Positions 21,586-32,000 of a stretch of DNA of 32,000 nucleotides are shown piece after piece. The notes under the pieces were generated by a model, which made no database searches, had not been told where the DNA came from, and was given only the letters and a program-made list of their open reading frames with translations. The stretch spans positions 1,544,781-1,576,780 of the forward strand of contig NZ_OZ032162.1 in the NCBI RefSeq assembly GCF_964026565.1. Direction: 5' to 3'. The position numbers were made by a program, and so were the translations under genes. Each line of letters begins with the position of its first letter. The stretch's first letter is position 1. Origin of the DNA: Rickettsia endosymbiont of Ceutorhynchus obstrictus (GTDB lineage: Bacteria; Pseudomonadota; Alphaproteobacteria; Rickettsiales; Rickettsiaceae).

Positions 21586-21762
21586 AAATTAAAGGCTCAA
21601 ATAATAGCGAAAAGCTAACATTTTTAATGGCAATAACAGATTTAATAATTTTAAATAAAAATAACTATTTGAGGTAAGCCAAGATTTTTTTAATAAAAAA
21701 TTTTATAAATTTAATATTAAAAAAATACGGCTACTAATTTATAATTAAGAACTAAATCTTAA

Positions 21763-22134
21763 TTACTTTAATTCAACTTTTGCACCTGCAGCTTCTAAGC
21801 TTGCTTTGATTTTTTCAGCTTCTTCTTTATTTACGCCGTGTTTAACCGGCTTAGGAGCTTCGCTTACTAAATTTTTAGCTTCTATCAAGCCAAGTCCGGT
21901 AATTTCTCTTACTACTTTAATTACTTCTATTTTTTTATCACCGCTACTTACTAATATTACATCAAAATCTGTTTTTTCAGCAGCCGCTTCAGCAGCAACC
22001 GGCGCAGCAGCAGCCATTGCCACAGGTGCGGCAGCAGATACGCCCCACTCTTCTTCAAGAGCTTTTACAAGCTCAGCTGCTTGTATTAATGTCAGGGATG
22101 ATAATTCTTCTTTAATTTTAGCTAATTTTGCCAT
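21763..22134 (-). CDS. rplL: 50S ribosomal protein L7/L12
   Basis: Has the Ala-rich hinge [21 protein letters not shown], the C-terminal domain [23 protein letters not shown], and the operon position rplJ-rplL-rpoB. Confidence 0.97.
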   Translation of the reverse strand: MAKLAKIKEELSSLTLIQAAELVKALEEEWGVSAAAPVAMAAAAPVAAEAAAEKTDFDVILVSSGDKKIEVIKVVREITGLGLIEAKNLVSEAPKPVKHGVNKEEAEKIKASLEAAGAKVELK

Positions 22135-22164
22135 AGTTTTTTCCTTTTTACTTTAATGTCTTAA

Positions 22165-22674
22165 TTAATTTTTACTAACATACGCCTGTATCACTCTTGC
22201 CAAGCTTGATGCCGGCGCTTGTAATACACCCACTATTTTCGTAGCAGGAGCTTGTAACAACCCTATAATTTTACCTCTAAGCTCGTTTAGCGACGGTAAC
22301 TTAGAAAGCTCTCTTATTGAATGTTCATTTAATAGTTGGTCATTAACTATACCGCCTACTATTTTAAGATTGTCATTAGATTTAGCAAAATCTACAACAA
22401 GTTTTGCTACTTCAACCGGATCTTTAGAATAAGCAATAGCAGTAGGACCGGCAAATAAATTAACGGCACCGTCTAGCCCCGATTTATTAGCAGCTATTTT
22501 AGCCAAAGTATTTTTAACAACTTTAAAACCGGCTCCTTTAACTTTAAGAGACTCTCTAAGTGAACTAATTTGACTAACCGTTAACCCATGATAATGAGCA
22601 ACAATTACGGAAGTTGATTCCTTATAAACCTTTTCAAGCTCTTCTACGACTATTGGCTTTTCCGATCTTAACAC
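22165..22674 (-). CDS. rplJ: 50S ribosomal protein L10
   Basis: GTG start at 22674 with AGGAG 8 nt upstream. The sequence is L10-like and lies between rplA and rplL. Confidence 0.93.
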   Translation of the reverse strand: MLRSEKPIVVEELEKVYKESTSVIVAHYHGLTVSQISSLRESLKVKGAGFKVVKNTLAKIAANKSGLDGAVNLFAGPTAIAYSKDPVEVAKLVVDFAKSNDNLKIVGGIVNDQLLNEHSIRELSKLPSLNELRGKIIGLLQAPATKIVGVLQAPASSLARVIQAYVSKN

Positions 22675-22697
22675 TTTTTAATTCTCCTTGAATAGTA

Positions 22698-23420
22698 TTA
22701 CAATATACTGGCTAAATCTATTTTTACTGATGGTCCCATAGTAGAAGACAAATATACCGCCTTTAAATAATTTCCTTTAACACCGGCAGGCTTTGCTTTA
22801 ATTACCGCAGTGATTAAAGCTTGTAAATTTTTTCGTAAATCTTGCTCCGGAAAAGATAATTTTCCGACGCCTGCATGGATTATACCAGCTTTCTCTGCTC
22901 TATATTCCACTTGTCCGCTTTTGGCATTTTTTACGGCAGTCGTAATATCTAATGTTACGGTACCAAGCTTTGGATTAGGCATTAAACCTTTAGGTCCTAA
23001 AATTCTTGCAACCGAACCGATGACAGACATCATATCCGGTGTTGCTATGCAGACATCAAAATTAATTTTACCGGCTTTAATTTCTTCAATAATCTCTACC
23101 GAGCCGACCATATCTGCTCCAGCTTTCTTCGCCTCTTCTATTCTTTCTTCTTTGCAAATAACTGCAACTTTCACGGTCTTACCGGTACCGGCAGGCAAAG
23201 TAATAACTCCTCGTACCATCTGATCGGAATGCCGAGGATCTACACCTAATTTCATTACTATTTCTAAAGTTTCGTTAAACTTTACATATGATGCAGATTT
23301 TAAAAATTCAACGCCGCTTGTTAAATTATATAAAGCGGATGAATCTACTTTTTGCCTTGCTTCTCTTATTTTTTTACCGCCGCTAGCTTTAGCGGTAACA
23401 ATTTTTTTATTTATTGACAT
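22698..23420 (-). CDS. rplA: 50S ribosomal protein L1
   Basis: L1 motifs are present ([29 protein letters not shown]). The gene starts 4 bp after the rplK stop. Confidence 0.97.
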   Translation of the reverse strand: MSINKKIVTAKASGGKKIREARQKVDSSALYNLTSGVEFLKSASYVKFNETLEIVMKLGVDPRHSDQMVRGVITLPAGTGKTVKVAVICKEERIEEAKKAGADMVGSVEIIEEIKAGKINFDVCIATPDMMSVIGSVARILGPKGLMPNPKLGTVTLDITTAVKNAKSGQVEYRAEKAGIIHAGVGKLSFPEQDLRKNLQALITAVIKAKPAGVKGNYLKAVYLSSTMGPSVKIDLASIL

Positions 23421-23424
23421 ATGA

Positions 23425-23859
23425 TTAATTCCCTACAACTTCCAATCCCATGGATTCAGCAGTACCGCGAATAATTTTCGCCGCTGCATTAATATCGTTA
23501 GTATTAAGATCAACTATTTTAAGTTTAGCAATCTCACGACAGTCATCCATAGTAACTTTCCCGATCACGACTTCTTTTTTAGTAGCTTTCGATCCTTTTT
23601 CAATTTTGGCATATTGCTTTAAATAATAAGATGCCGGCGGCGTCTTAATTTTAAAAGTAAAACTACTATCTTCATAAACGGTAATCACGGTCGGTAAAGG
23701 CGTGTTAGGCGCAATACTTTGTGTCGCGGCATTAAAAGCTTTACAAAATTCCATAATATTTACCTTCCGCTGACCGAGCGCAGGTCCGATAGGCGGAGCA
23801 GGAGCAGCCTTAGCTGCCGGAATAATTAAATTAATATAACCTTTTATTTTTTTCGCCAT
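23425..23859 (-). CDS. rplK: 50S ribosomal protein L11
   Basis: [24 protein letters not shown] is the L11 signature region. AAGGA lies upstream of the ATG. Confidence 0.97.
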   Translation of the reverse strand: MAKKIKGYINLIIPAAKAAPAPPIGPALGQRKVNIMEFCKAFNAATQSIAPNTPLPTVITVYEDSSFTFKIKTPPASYYLKQYAKIEKGSKATKKEVVIGKVTMDDCREIAKLKIVDLNTNDINAAAKIIRGTAESMGLEVVGN

Positions 23860-23947
23860 TGATAAATCCTTACTTTATTCACGTATGTTATTTGTGAGTT
23901 TTATTACTTTTTTTATATCATTCCAGACGTTTTTACTTATCGCTGCC

Positions 23948-24451
23948 GACTTTGTTGCATGACTCGATACAAGCAACAGCATGTCATTCCTAGCTAAAGG
24001 CCGGGCTTTGTTGCACGGCTCTAAAAAAGTGCCGTATGTCATTCCCGCGCAGGCAGGAATCTAGCCGTATTTATGTCATGCTGAACTTGTTTCAGCATCT
24101 TTTAGTAGATCCTGAAAAAATTCAGGATGACTTAAAAAGTATTTTTCTGGATTCCCGTTTTCACGGGAATGACATCAAAAATTCGAGCCATGCAACAACG
24201 CCGAAGGCAATGCTCGCGTGGATACCGGAATCGTCATTGCGAGGAGGGACGTAGTCCCGGCGCGGCAATCCAGAAAATAATAATTTTCATAGCATTTTTT
24301 GCTATTTTTTTCTCCAGATTGCCACGTCGATGCTCCGCATCTCCTCGCAATGACGGGGTAAGATCGAGCCATACAACAACACCCAACCTTCACGAGAATG
24401 ACAGAGAGCATACTTAACCTGTCCACACAACAACGCCGCCTCGCAATGGCG
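23948..24451. repeat. RPE-like cluster (at least three elements) between nusG and rplK
   Basis: Three parts are recognisable. A truncated left end runs gactttgttgcatgactcga...tgtcattcctagctaaagg. A full element follows, from ggctttgttgcacggctc to tcgagccatgcaacaacgcc, with the gtcatgctgaa/atcctgaaaaaattcaggat core. A gtcattgcgaggagg-armed element then carries a different short core (atagcattttttgctat). Confidence 0.9.
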
Positions 24452-24505
24452 ATTTTTAACCTCGTCAATTTCTTCTTTTACAAAACTGTATAGTACTAAT
24501 TTATT

Positions 24506-25084
24506 TTAGTTATTTTTTTTCACTTGCGTAAAATTTAATTCTATCGGAGTTGCTTTACCGAAAATTGATATTGAAACCCTTAACTTATTTTTTTCTTGAT
24601 CAACTTCTTCGACCATACCTGCGAAAGTTTCAAATGGTCCCTCTGTAACTATAACCGACTCGCCGATTTCAAATAATTTAAAATCCTTAGCTTCTTTAGC
24701 TTCTGATTCCAACTTACTAAAAATATTCTGTATTTCGCTTTCAGTAAGAGCTTGTGGAGTAGTTTTACTTCCTAAAAACCCGGTTACCCCCGGTATATTT
24801 TTTACTAAATGCCAAGATTTATCGCTCATATTCATCTTTATCAAGATGTAGCTAGGCATAAATTTTTTTTCAGTCTTAACGTTTTTGCCTCGCTTAACCT
24901 CAGGCACTCCGAAAACCGGTACTAATATATCTTCAAAAAATTCAGACATTTTTTGCTTAAGTATCTTATCGAGTATCATTTGTCTTATGCGTTTTTCAGA
25001 ACCCGATAATGTATGAATAACGTACCAACGCATTTCATGTTTTTGAGAATCAGTTAACGTATTACTAATGCTTTGCTCTGTCAC
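24506..25084 (-). CDS. nusG: Transcription termination/antitermination factor NusG
   Basis: GTG start with GGGA upstream. RWYVIHTLSGSEKR marks the NGN domain and GESVIVTEGPFETFAGMVEEVD the KOW motif. The gene follows secE. Confidence 0.95.
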   Translation of the reverse strand: MTEQSISNTLTDSQKHEMRWYVIHTLSGSEKRIRQMILDKILKQKMSEFFEDILVPVFGVPEVKRGKNVKTEKKFMPSYILIKMNMSDKSWHLVKNIPGVTGFLGSKTTPQALTESEIQNIFSKLESEAKEAKDFKLFEIGESVIVTEGPFETFAGMVEEVDQEKNKLRVSISIFGKATPIELNFTQVKKNN

Positions 25085-25103
25085 AATTTTCCCTATTTAC
25101 CGG

Positions 25104-25304
25104 CTATTTAGCAATGTTAAGTAAAATTTGTATTATATTATGTATAGTGTAATCTAGTACTAAACAAATTAAGCTAAAAATAAAAACCGCGACCACTACT
25201 ATAGATGTTGAAGCAATTAGTTCTTTTTTAGCGGGCCAAACAACTTTATAAGTCTCTTGTTTGACTTGCTCAAAAAATTTATAGATTTTATTTTCTTTAA
25301 ACAT
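25104..25304 (-). CDS. secE: Preprotein translocase subunit SecE
   Basis: 66 aa with the conserved [19 protein letters not shown], followed by a single TM helix. It lies between tRNA-Trp and nusG. Confidence 0.9.
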   Translation of the reverse strand: MFKENKIYKFFEQVKQETYKVVWPAKKELIASTSIVVVAVFIFSLICLVLDYTIHNIIQILLNIAK

Positions 25305-25349
25305 ATCCTAAATTGCTAATTCCAAACTATAGCTTCAACCATTAAGGTA

Positions 25350-25563
25350 CAGCGTCATTCATAAAGCTTGATACAAGCAAATTTTTCCGGATTTGCCTGT
25401 GTTCACGTACTCTAGTACGGTAGCTTAGCTCACCATTAAATTCATCTTGTCTAAACCTTTCTGAATTTAGCTGTATATACACTAAATTTTGCAAGTTTCG
25501 CTTGTGCTCACGTTATTTAGTATACGCGTAGCTTAGCTCGCTCTGAAATTTAATGTCTATACC
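25350..25563 (-). mobile_element. RPE-1-like repeat (25350-25473) followed by a degenerate partial second copy (about 25484-25563)
   Basis: cagcgtcattcataaagcttgatacaagc...ctttctgaatttagctg is flanked by TA on both sides. The downstream partial copy retains gcttgtgctcacgt...gtagcttagctc. Confidence 0.85.
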
Positions 25564-25610
25564 TTAATGCTTTTTGCTATACAAATCAATTTTTTACTTC
25601 TGCCTAAAGG

Positions 25611-25686
25611 TGGCAGGAGCGACAGGCATCGAACCCGCAACCTCCGGTTTTGGAGACCGGCGCTCTACCGATTGAGCTACACTCCT
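25611..25686 (-). tRNA. tRNA-Trp (anticodon CCA), CCA encoded
   Basis: The reverse complement folds as acceptor AGGAGTG/CGCTCCT, D arm GCTC-AATCGGTA-GAGC, anticodon stem CCGGT/ACCGG with loop CTCCAAA, and T loop TTCGATG. Length 76 nt. This is the conserved position upstream of secE. Confidence 0.9.
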
Positions 25687-25752
25687 ATCATATTTTAAAA
25701 AATAAATCAATATATATTTATTAAAATCCAACTATAAAGGTCTCTAAAGTCC

Positions 25753-25985
25753 GTCATTGCAAGGAGGCACAGGCGTTGTTGCATGGCTCGAATTTTCGAT
25801 GTCATTCCTAGCTAAAGGCGGGAATCCAGACTTTTCTTTGTCATGTTGAACTTGTTTCAGCATCTGCTTGTATTAGATCCTGAAATAAATTCAGGATGAC
25901 TATAATTTTCCGGATTCCCGTTTTCACGGGAATGACACCGAAAATTCGAGCCATGCACCACCACCACTAATGCTTCACAATGGCG
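25753..25985. repeat. RPE-like element(s) between fusA and tRNA-Trp, ending 4 bp from the fusA stop
   Basis: A degenerate outer hairpin gtcattgcaaggagg...cttcacaatggcg encloses an element from ggcgttgttgcatggctcga to tcgagccatgcaccaccacc. That inner element has the tgtcattcctagctaaaggcgggaatccag arm and the gtcatgttgaa/atcctgaaataaattcaggat core. Confidence 0.9.
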
Positions 25986-25989
25986 TTTT

Positions 25990-28089
<2,100 letters not shown>

Positions 28090-28101
28090 TTTTAGTTTAC
28101 C

Positions 28102-28584
28102 TTATTTCATTTTTTTAGGACTAAAATGAGAGAAAGCTTTATTAGCTTCAGCCATTTTATGAGTATCTTCTTTCTTTTTGATAGCGGCGCCTCTATTATT
28201 TGATGCTTCAAATAATTCTTCAGCTAACTTATCGATCATCATTTTTTCGGATCGCTTTAATGCGGCATTAATAATCCAACGTGACGCCAGAGCATACCCT
28301 CTTCTTTCATCCACGGGAGCCGGTACTTGGTAATTAGCTCCGCCCACTCTAACCGAAGTCACTTCAAGATAAGGCTTTACATTATTCATGGCATTATTAA
28401 AAGCCTCATAAGGTTCTACCTTATGTTTTCTTTCCATCTTATTAAAGGCTGAATAAACTATTTTTTCCGCAAGAGATTTTTTACCTTCTTTCATAATATT
28501 ATTAATAAATCTTGACAGCAAAGTACTGTTATATTTCATATCAGGTAAAATTACTCGCTTTTCCGCGGCGTGACGACGTGACAT
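28102..28584 (-). CDS. rpsG: 30S ribosomal protein S7
   Basis: The S7 sequence includes GKKSLAEKIVYSAF and EVTSVRVGGANYQVP. Order rpsL-rpsG-fusA. Confidence 0.97.
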   Translation of the reverse strand: MSRRHAAEKRVILPDMKYNSTLLSRFINNIMKEGKKSLAEKIVYSAFNKMERKHKVEPYEAFNNAMNNVKPYLEVTSVRVGGANYQVPAPVDERRGYALASRWIINAALKRSEKMMIDKLAEELFEASNNRGAAIKKKEDTHKMAEANKAFSHFSPKKMK

Positions 28585-28607
28585 TTATTTTTCTCTCTAT
28601 CTATTAA

Positions 28608-28997
28608 TTATTTTTTTGCAGCTACGGCTTGTTTACGGGAAGCACCGTAACGTGAACGGCCTTGCTTACGCCCTTTAACACCTTGAATGTCATAAGCACC
28701 AAGTACTATATGATATTTCACCCCCGGAAGATCAGGAACCTGTCCGCCTCTAACTAATACTCTATCATGCTCTTTTACGCTATGTTTTTCACCCGGTATA
28801 TAAGCATTAACGCTTCTTTTATTACTTAAACGTACCGTGGCAATTTTACGGAGAGCAGAGTTAGGCTTTTTAGGGGTCACCGTTTTGACTACAAGACAAA
28901 CACCGCTTTTAAAAGGATTAGCCTCTAAGGCAGGAGATTTTGTTTTACGAGTTTTTGATTTTCTCCCAAAACGTACTAGTTGATTATATGTCGGCAT
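28608..28997 (-). CDS. rpsL: 30S ribosomal protein S12
   Basis: I place the start at ATG 28997 (MPTYNQLVR..., the conserved S12 N-terminus), with GGAG about 10 nt upstream. The 10-codon extension in the ORF track starts from a TTG. The [10 protein letters not shown] motif is present. Confidence 0.96.
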   Translation of the reverse strand: MPTYNQLVRFGRKSKTRKTKSPALEANPFKSGVCLVVKTVTPKKPNSALRKIATVRLSNKRSVNAYIPGEKHSVKEHDRVLVRGGQVPDLPGVKYHIVLGAYDIQGVKGRKQGRSRYGASRKQAVAAKK

Positions 28998-29051
28998 TAA
29001 AAAAACACTCCAAAAAACTTTATTCAAAATATACTGTTCGTAAATGAAGAG

Positions 29052-29256
29052 TTGTCACCTCGTGACTTGTTGCACGGCTTCCAGAATCGTCATGGCGAGG
29101 CGCCTCTTGGCGCCGTGGCCATCCAGTTTTTGTCATGCTGAACTCGTTTCAGCATCTCTTATAGTTATATCCTGAAATAAATTCAGGAGGACTATTATTT
29201 TCTAGATTGCCACGCTCCTTGCAGTCGCTCGCAATGACGTTTGGGATATCCTCGCA
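29052..29256. repeat. RPE-like element between the ABC permease gene and rpsL
   Basis: The left side is gacttgttgcacggc...gtcatggcgaggcgcctcttggcgccgtggccatccag. The core is of the gtcatgctgaa/atcctgaaataaattcagga type. The right arm is ctagattgccacgctccttgcagtcgctcgcaatgac. Confidence 0.88.
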
Positions 29257-29313
29257 CCTCAGACAGCACTAAATTTAAATTATAATTACTTTTTCCATAA
29301 AAGCAAGAACGTT

Positions 29314-29970
29314 TTAATTAACAATTAGCTTTTTCTCTATTATTTTTGCTATATTGCTGATTATCATTACTAAAATGTAATAACAAAAAGCCGCAACAAG
29401 TGCGGGCAAAAAATAATTATACGTTTCACCCGACACTATGCTCGCCCTACGCATTAAATCCATCTCGCCGAGCGTCGAAATAATTGCCGATTCTTTTATC
29501 AAATTAACCAGCTCGTTTATTAGCGAAGGAAATATATTTTTAATTGCCTGCGGTAAAATTATATCTTTCATTATTAACGCCTTAGGTATAGCAAGAGCTT
29601 CCGCCGCCTCAACTTGCCCTTTATCGACGGCATTAATTCCCGCTCTAATTATTTCCGAAACATATGCCCCAGAATTAAGGGAAAAAGCCGTAACTCCGGC
29701 GACGAAAACGCTAAATTTAATACCGATTAAATAAGGTAAACCGAAATAAATAATACTTAACTGAATAAGTAAAGGTGTGCCACGAAAAATAGAAGTATAA
29801 AAATTTGCAAATAACCTTAATATAAAATTTTTGCTTACTTTACAAATTGCTAATAATATTCCTATTAGCAAGCCTAATATCACGGCAATCACACTATATT
29901 TTAAAGTTATTAACGTTCCTTTAACAATAAAAAGGATATGAGGAGAAAATTTTATAAAATATTCAAACAT
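29314..29970 (-). CDS. Amino-acid ABC transporter permease (His/Glu/Gln/Arg/opine, HisM/GlnP-like family)
   Basis: About 5 predicted TM segments. Contains FRGTPLLIQLSIIYFGLP and the EAA loop VEAAEALAIPKALIMKDIILPQA. Confidence 0.88.
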   Translation of the reverse strand: MFEYFIKFSPHILFIVKGTLITLKYSVIAVILGLLIGILLAICKVSKNFILRLFANFYTSIFRGTPLLIQLSIIYFGLPYLIGIKFSVFVAGVTAFSLNSGAYVSEIIRAGINAVDKGQVEAAEALAIPKALIMKDIILPQAIKNIFPSLINELVNLIKESAIISTLGEMDLMRRASIVSGETYNYFLPALVAAFCYYILVMIISNIAKIIEKKLIVN

Positions 29971-30088
29971 TATAATTTTGGAATAAAAATAAGTGGGGAT
30001 AAGATAACATCTTGAAATATTTTTTGCAAGGAATCTAATAACTAGCTAGGGCATCGTCAAGTTAAGTTTATGTGCGTTAGATATTATA

Positions 30089-30211
30089 CAGCTAAATTCA
30101 GAAAGATTTAGACAAGATGAATTTAAAGGTGAGCCTGCGCTAGCCGTTAATAATACGTGAGCACAGGCGAATCCAGAAAATTCGCTTGTATCAAGCGATC
30201 GAGAGGACGCT
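30089..30211 (+). mobile_element. RPE-1-like repeat (123 bp)
   Basis: cagctaaattcagaaagatttagacaagatgaatttaaaggtgagcctgcgctagccgttaataatacgtgagcacaggcgaatccagaaaattcgcttgtatcaagcgatcgagaggacgct. Confidence 0.9.
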
Positions 30212-30238
30212 ATACTATCAATATATTACCTATTGATT

Positions 30239-30504
30239 AGCGTTGTTGCATGGCTCGATAAAAGCAGCAGTATGTCATTCTAGTTAAAGGCGGGAATCCA
30301 GACTTTTTATTGTCATGCTGAACAAGTTTTGCGCATCTTTTTTAGTAGATCCTGAAATAAATTCAGGATGACTTAAAAATATTTTCTGGATTCCCGCCTT
30401 CGCGGGAAGGCGTTGTTGCGTGGATCGGAAAACAGTGATTTTTTGACCATCTTTACAAAGCCTCGGGGGAATGACATCGAAAATTCAAGCCATGCAACAA
30501 CACC
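30239..30504. mobile_element. 266-bp RPE with a 9-bp duplication, its right arm interrupted by a ~58-bp solo end of another RPE
   Basis: Termini are agcgttgttgcatgg ... ccatgcaacaacacc, with the direct repeat ctattgatt at 30230-30238 and 30505-30513. The right arm reads ctggattcccgccttcgcgggaa[ggcgttgttgcgtggatcgg...cctcgg]gggaatgaca. Confidence 0.85.
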
Positions 30505-30666
30505 CTATTGATTAGTATAATTGCTAAGAATTCTTGCTCCTTTTTTAGAGGCTATTTTACCATAATTAAAAATTATTTCTAAAATATAATATAAATTATA
30601 TATGCTTTTCTAAAGAATTATCTCTAAACTATTTAATTCCATTAATAAATTGAGGTATAAGTTAGT

Positions 30667-31227
30667 ATGTCGTATATAAAATATATAGTTTTATGGTTAA
30701 TTATATTAACTAATGTTAATCTTTATGCTGATAGCAAAGATATAATTTCCGGCAAGGAAACTTTAAAAGTACCGGTAAGTAACGAACATCTTCGTACTCT
30801 TAATATAGCTTCTACTCTTCTTATTTCTTGTGTAGATTTTCGTCTAAAAAGTGAAACCGTTGAGTTTATGAACAAATTAAATTTACTAGAAGATTATGAT
30901 GAAGTATCGCTTCCCGGCTCTTCCCTTGCTTTAGTTAACAATCAATATCTTTATTGGGGTAAAACAATTGAAGATGTTATTGAGATTTTACAAAAACTAC
31001 ATAATATTAAACAAGTTATCTTTCTCGATCATCGTGAATGCGGAGCGTATAAACTTCTTGTTGGAGCAGAATATCTTACAACGCCTAAAAAAGAAACAGA
31101 TATACATACGGAAACTTTAAATAAAGCACGCAAAATCATTAACAAAAAATTTCCAAATTTGAAAGTCTATACTTTTTTAATGGGACTTGACGGGGTAATA
31201 GAGCAAGTTTACGATAGACCCAACTAA
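30667..31227 (+). CDS. Hypothetical exported protein with beta-carbonic-anhydrase-like zinc-ligand motifs
   Basis: The N-terminus [23 protein letters not shown] resembles a Sec signal peptide. C55-x-D57-x-R59 (SCVDFR) and H122-x-x-C125-G (DHRECGA) fall at roughly the spacing of beta-class CA active sites. There is no other recognisable similarity. Confidence 0.6.
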   Translation: MSYIKYIVLWLIILTNVNLYADSKDIISGKETLKVPVSNEHLRTLNIASTLLISCVDFRLKSETVEFMNKLNLLEDYDEVSLPGSSLALVNNQYLYWGKTIEDVIEILQKLHNIKQVIFLDHRECGAYKLLVGAEYLTTPKKETDIHTETLNKARKIINKKFPNLKVYTFLMGLDGVIEQVYDRPN

Positions 31228-31322
31228 TATATAATGAGTTATGTAACCCCAACTATGGATAAGTTGTAGCTTAAAAATTTATCCATAGTTCGCGTTATGT
31301 ATGGTCATTGCCTCATTTATAC

Positions 31323-31479
31323 GGCGTTGCTGCATGGCTCATAATTTACCGTATTATGGTTATTATAAGTACGATGTCATACCGTGGCATGACACCGAAA
31401 CACTTTGCAAAAATTCGAGCCATGCAACAAAGCCTCCGGTCGCTCGCAATGACGATTCCGGTAGCCACACAACAACGCC
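31323..31479. mobile_element. 157-bp RPE with a 9-bp duplication
   Basis: Termini are ggcgttgctgcatgg ... ccacacaacaacgcc, with the direct repeat catttatac at 31314-31322 and 31480-31488. Confidence 0.85.
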
Positions 31480-31621
31480 CATTTATACTTAACTTGACAA
31501 TGCCGCTCGCATAGATTATGATACGTCCGTAGAGGATTTTAATACATTATGGGCAAAAACGAAGATTTTTGCTGCGTGATTCTTTAATTCTCACCGGAGC
31601 TAGTTTCAGAATGGGGGTAGT

Positions 31622-31897
31622 ATGTTACGTCATAACAATTTAGCAGGAACTCATAAACAAACTACACCGTTAAATAATACCAACCCAGCTTCAGAAAAGC
31701 ACGTGTTAGTATCCATTATTGCGAATTCATTATTCAAAGAATCTAATATAAATAATCAAGGGACGCAGAACAATAGCGTATATTCAGAGAATAATATTAC
31801 AGATGCCGATGATCATAACACAGGGTGCGGTATGTGTAACTGTCTCGGAGTTATAGCTACCGTCTGTTGTGATATTTTATTATTCCTATGTGAGTAA
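31622..31897 (+). CDS. Small hypothetical ORF with an N/T/Q-rich N-terminal part and a Cys-rich hydrophobic C-terminus
   Basis: 91-aa ORF with a G-rich stretch (GGGGGT) upstream of the ATG. The C-terminus is GCGMCNCLGVIATVCCDILLFLCE. I recognise no homology, so it may not be a real gene. Confidence 0.3.
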   Translation: MLRHNNLAGTHKQTTPLNNTNPASEKHVLVSIIANSLFKESNINNQGTQNNSVYSENNITDADDHNTGCGMCNCLGVIATVCCDILLFLCE

Positions 31898-31938
31898 AAA
31901 ACCTAGATATATACTATAGTAAAGTAGTTTTCATAATT

Positions 31939-32000
31939 GATTTCCTTATTACATTCGGGGTAAGTTGGATTGTCACGCAACTTACAGCAGCGGCATTGTT
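31939..32000. repeat. Partial RPE-like element running off the window end
   Basis: ccttattacattcggggtaagttggattgtcacgc resembles the ccctcattacattcgggatagcctggattgccgc core/arm seen at 5440-5480 and 16230-16260 (reverse orientation). Confidence 0.6.

Noticed and set aside
25687-25989. Possible tuf pseudogene between fusA and tRNA-Trp
   Set aside because: The spacer is fully accounted for by RPE modules plus short AT-rich linkers. Absence of tuf here is the known rickettsial arrangement.

Overview
Low-GC, Rickettsia-type chromosomal segment. This assignment is an inference from gene order, protein sequences and the dense Rickettsia palindromic element (RPE)-like repeats.

Coding content is mostly housekeeping.
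- Plus-strand side: the 5' part of a Sca-family autotransporter (minus strand, frame-broken), then tRNA-Pro, trmD, rplS, nth (minus), a CGFS glutaredoxin, an alpha/beta esterase, glyA and a DUF2461-like protein.
- Minus strand: the block rpsL-rpsG-fusA / tRNA-Trp-secE-nusG-rplK-rplA-rplJ-rplL-rpoB-rpoC, with no tuf after fusA (the known Rickettsia arrangement).
- Remaining genes: an amino-acid ABC permease and two unassigned ORFs. One is a signal-peptide protein carrying beta-carbonic-anhydrase-type zinc motifs. The other is a small Cys-rich ORF.

Roughly a quarter of the window is non-coding. Almost every spacer longer than about 100 bp is filled with modular palindromic repeats, while the short intra-operon junctions are clean.

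I found no rRNA, CRISPR array, transposase, prophage, defence or biosynthetic cluster. The most unusual content is the repeat biology itself:
- an in-frame repeat inside trmD;
- repeat-derived 3' ends and stop codons of genes;
- six elements with GGCGTTGTTGCATGG-type termini, each flanked by a 9-bp direct duplication;
- a 188/189-bp TIR element inserted three times, in both orientations, into the loop of one type of RPE hairpin with 5-bp duplications;
- a single 146-bp TIR element with a 7-bp duplication nested in another RPE.

All repeat family labels are my own. No database search was possible.
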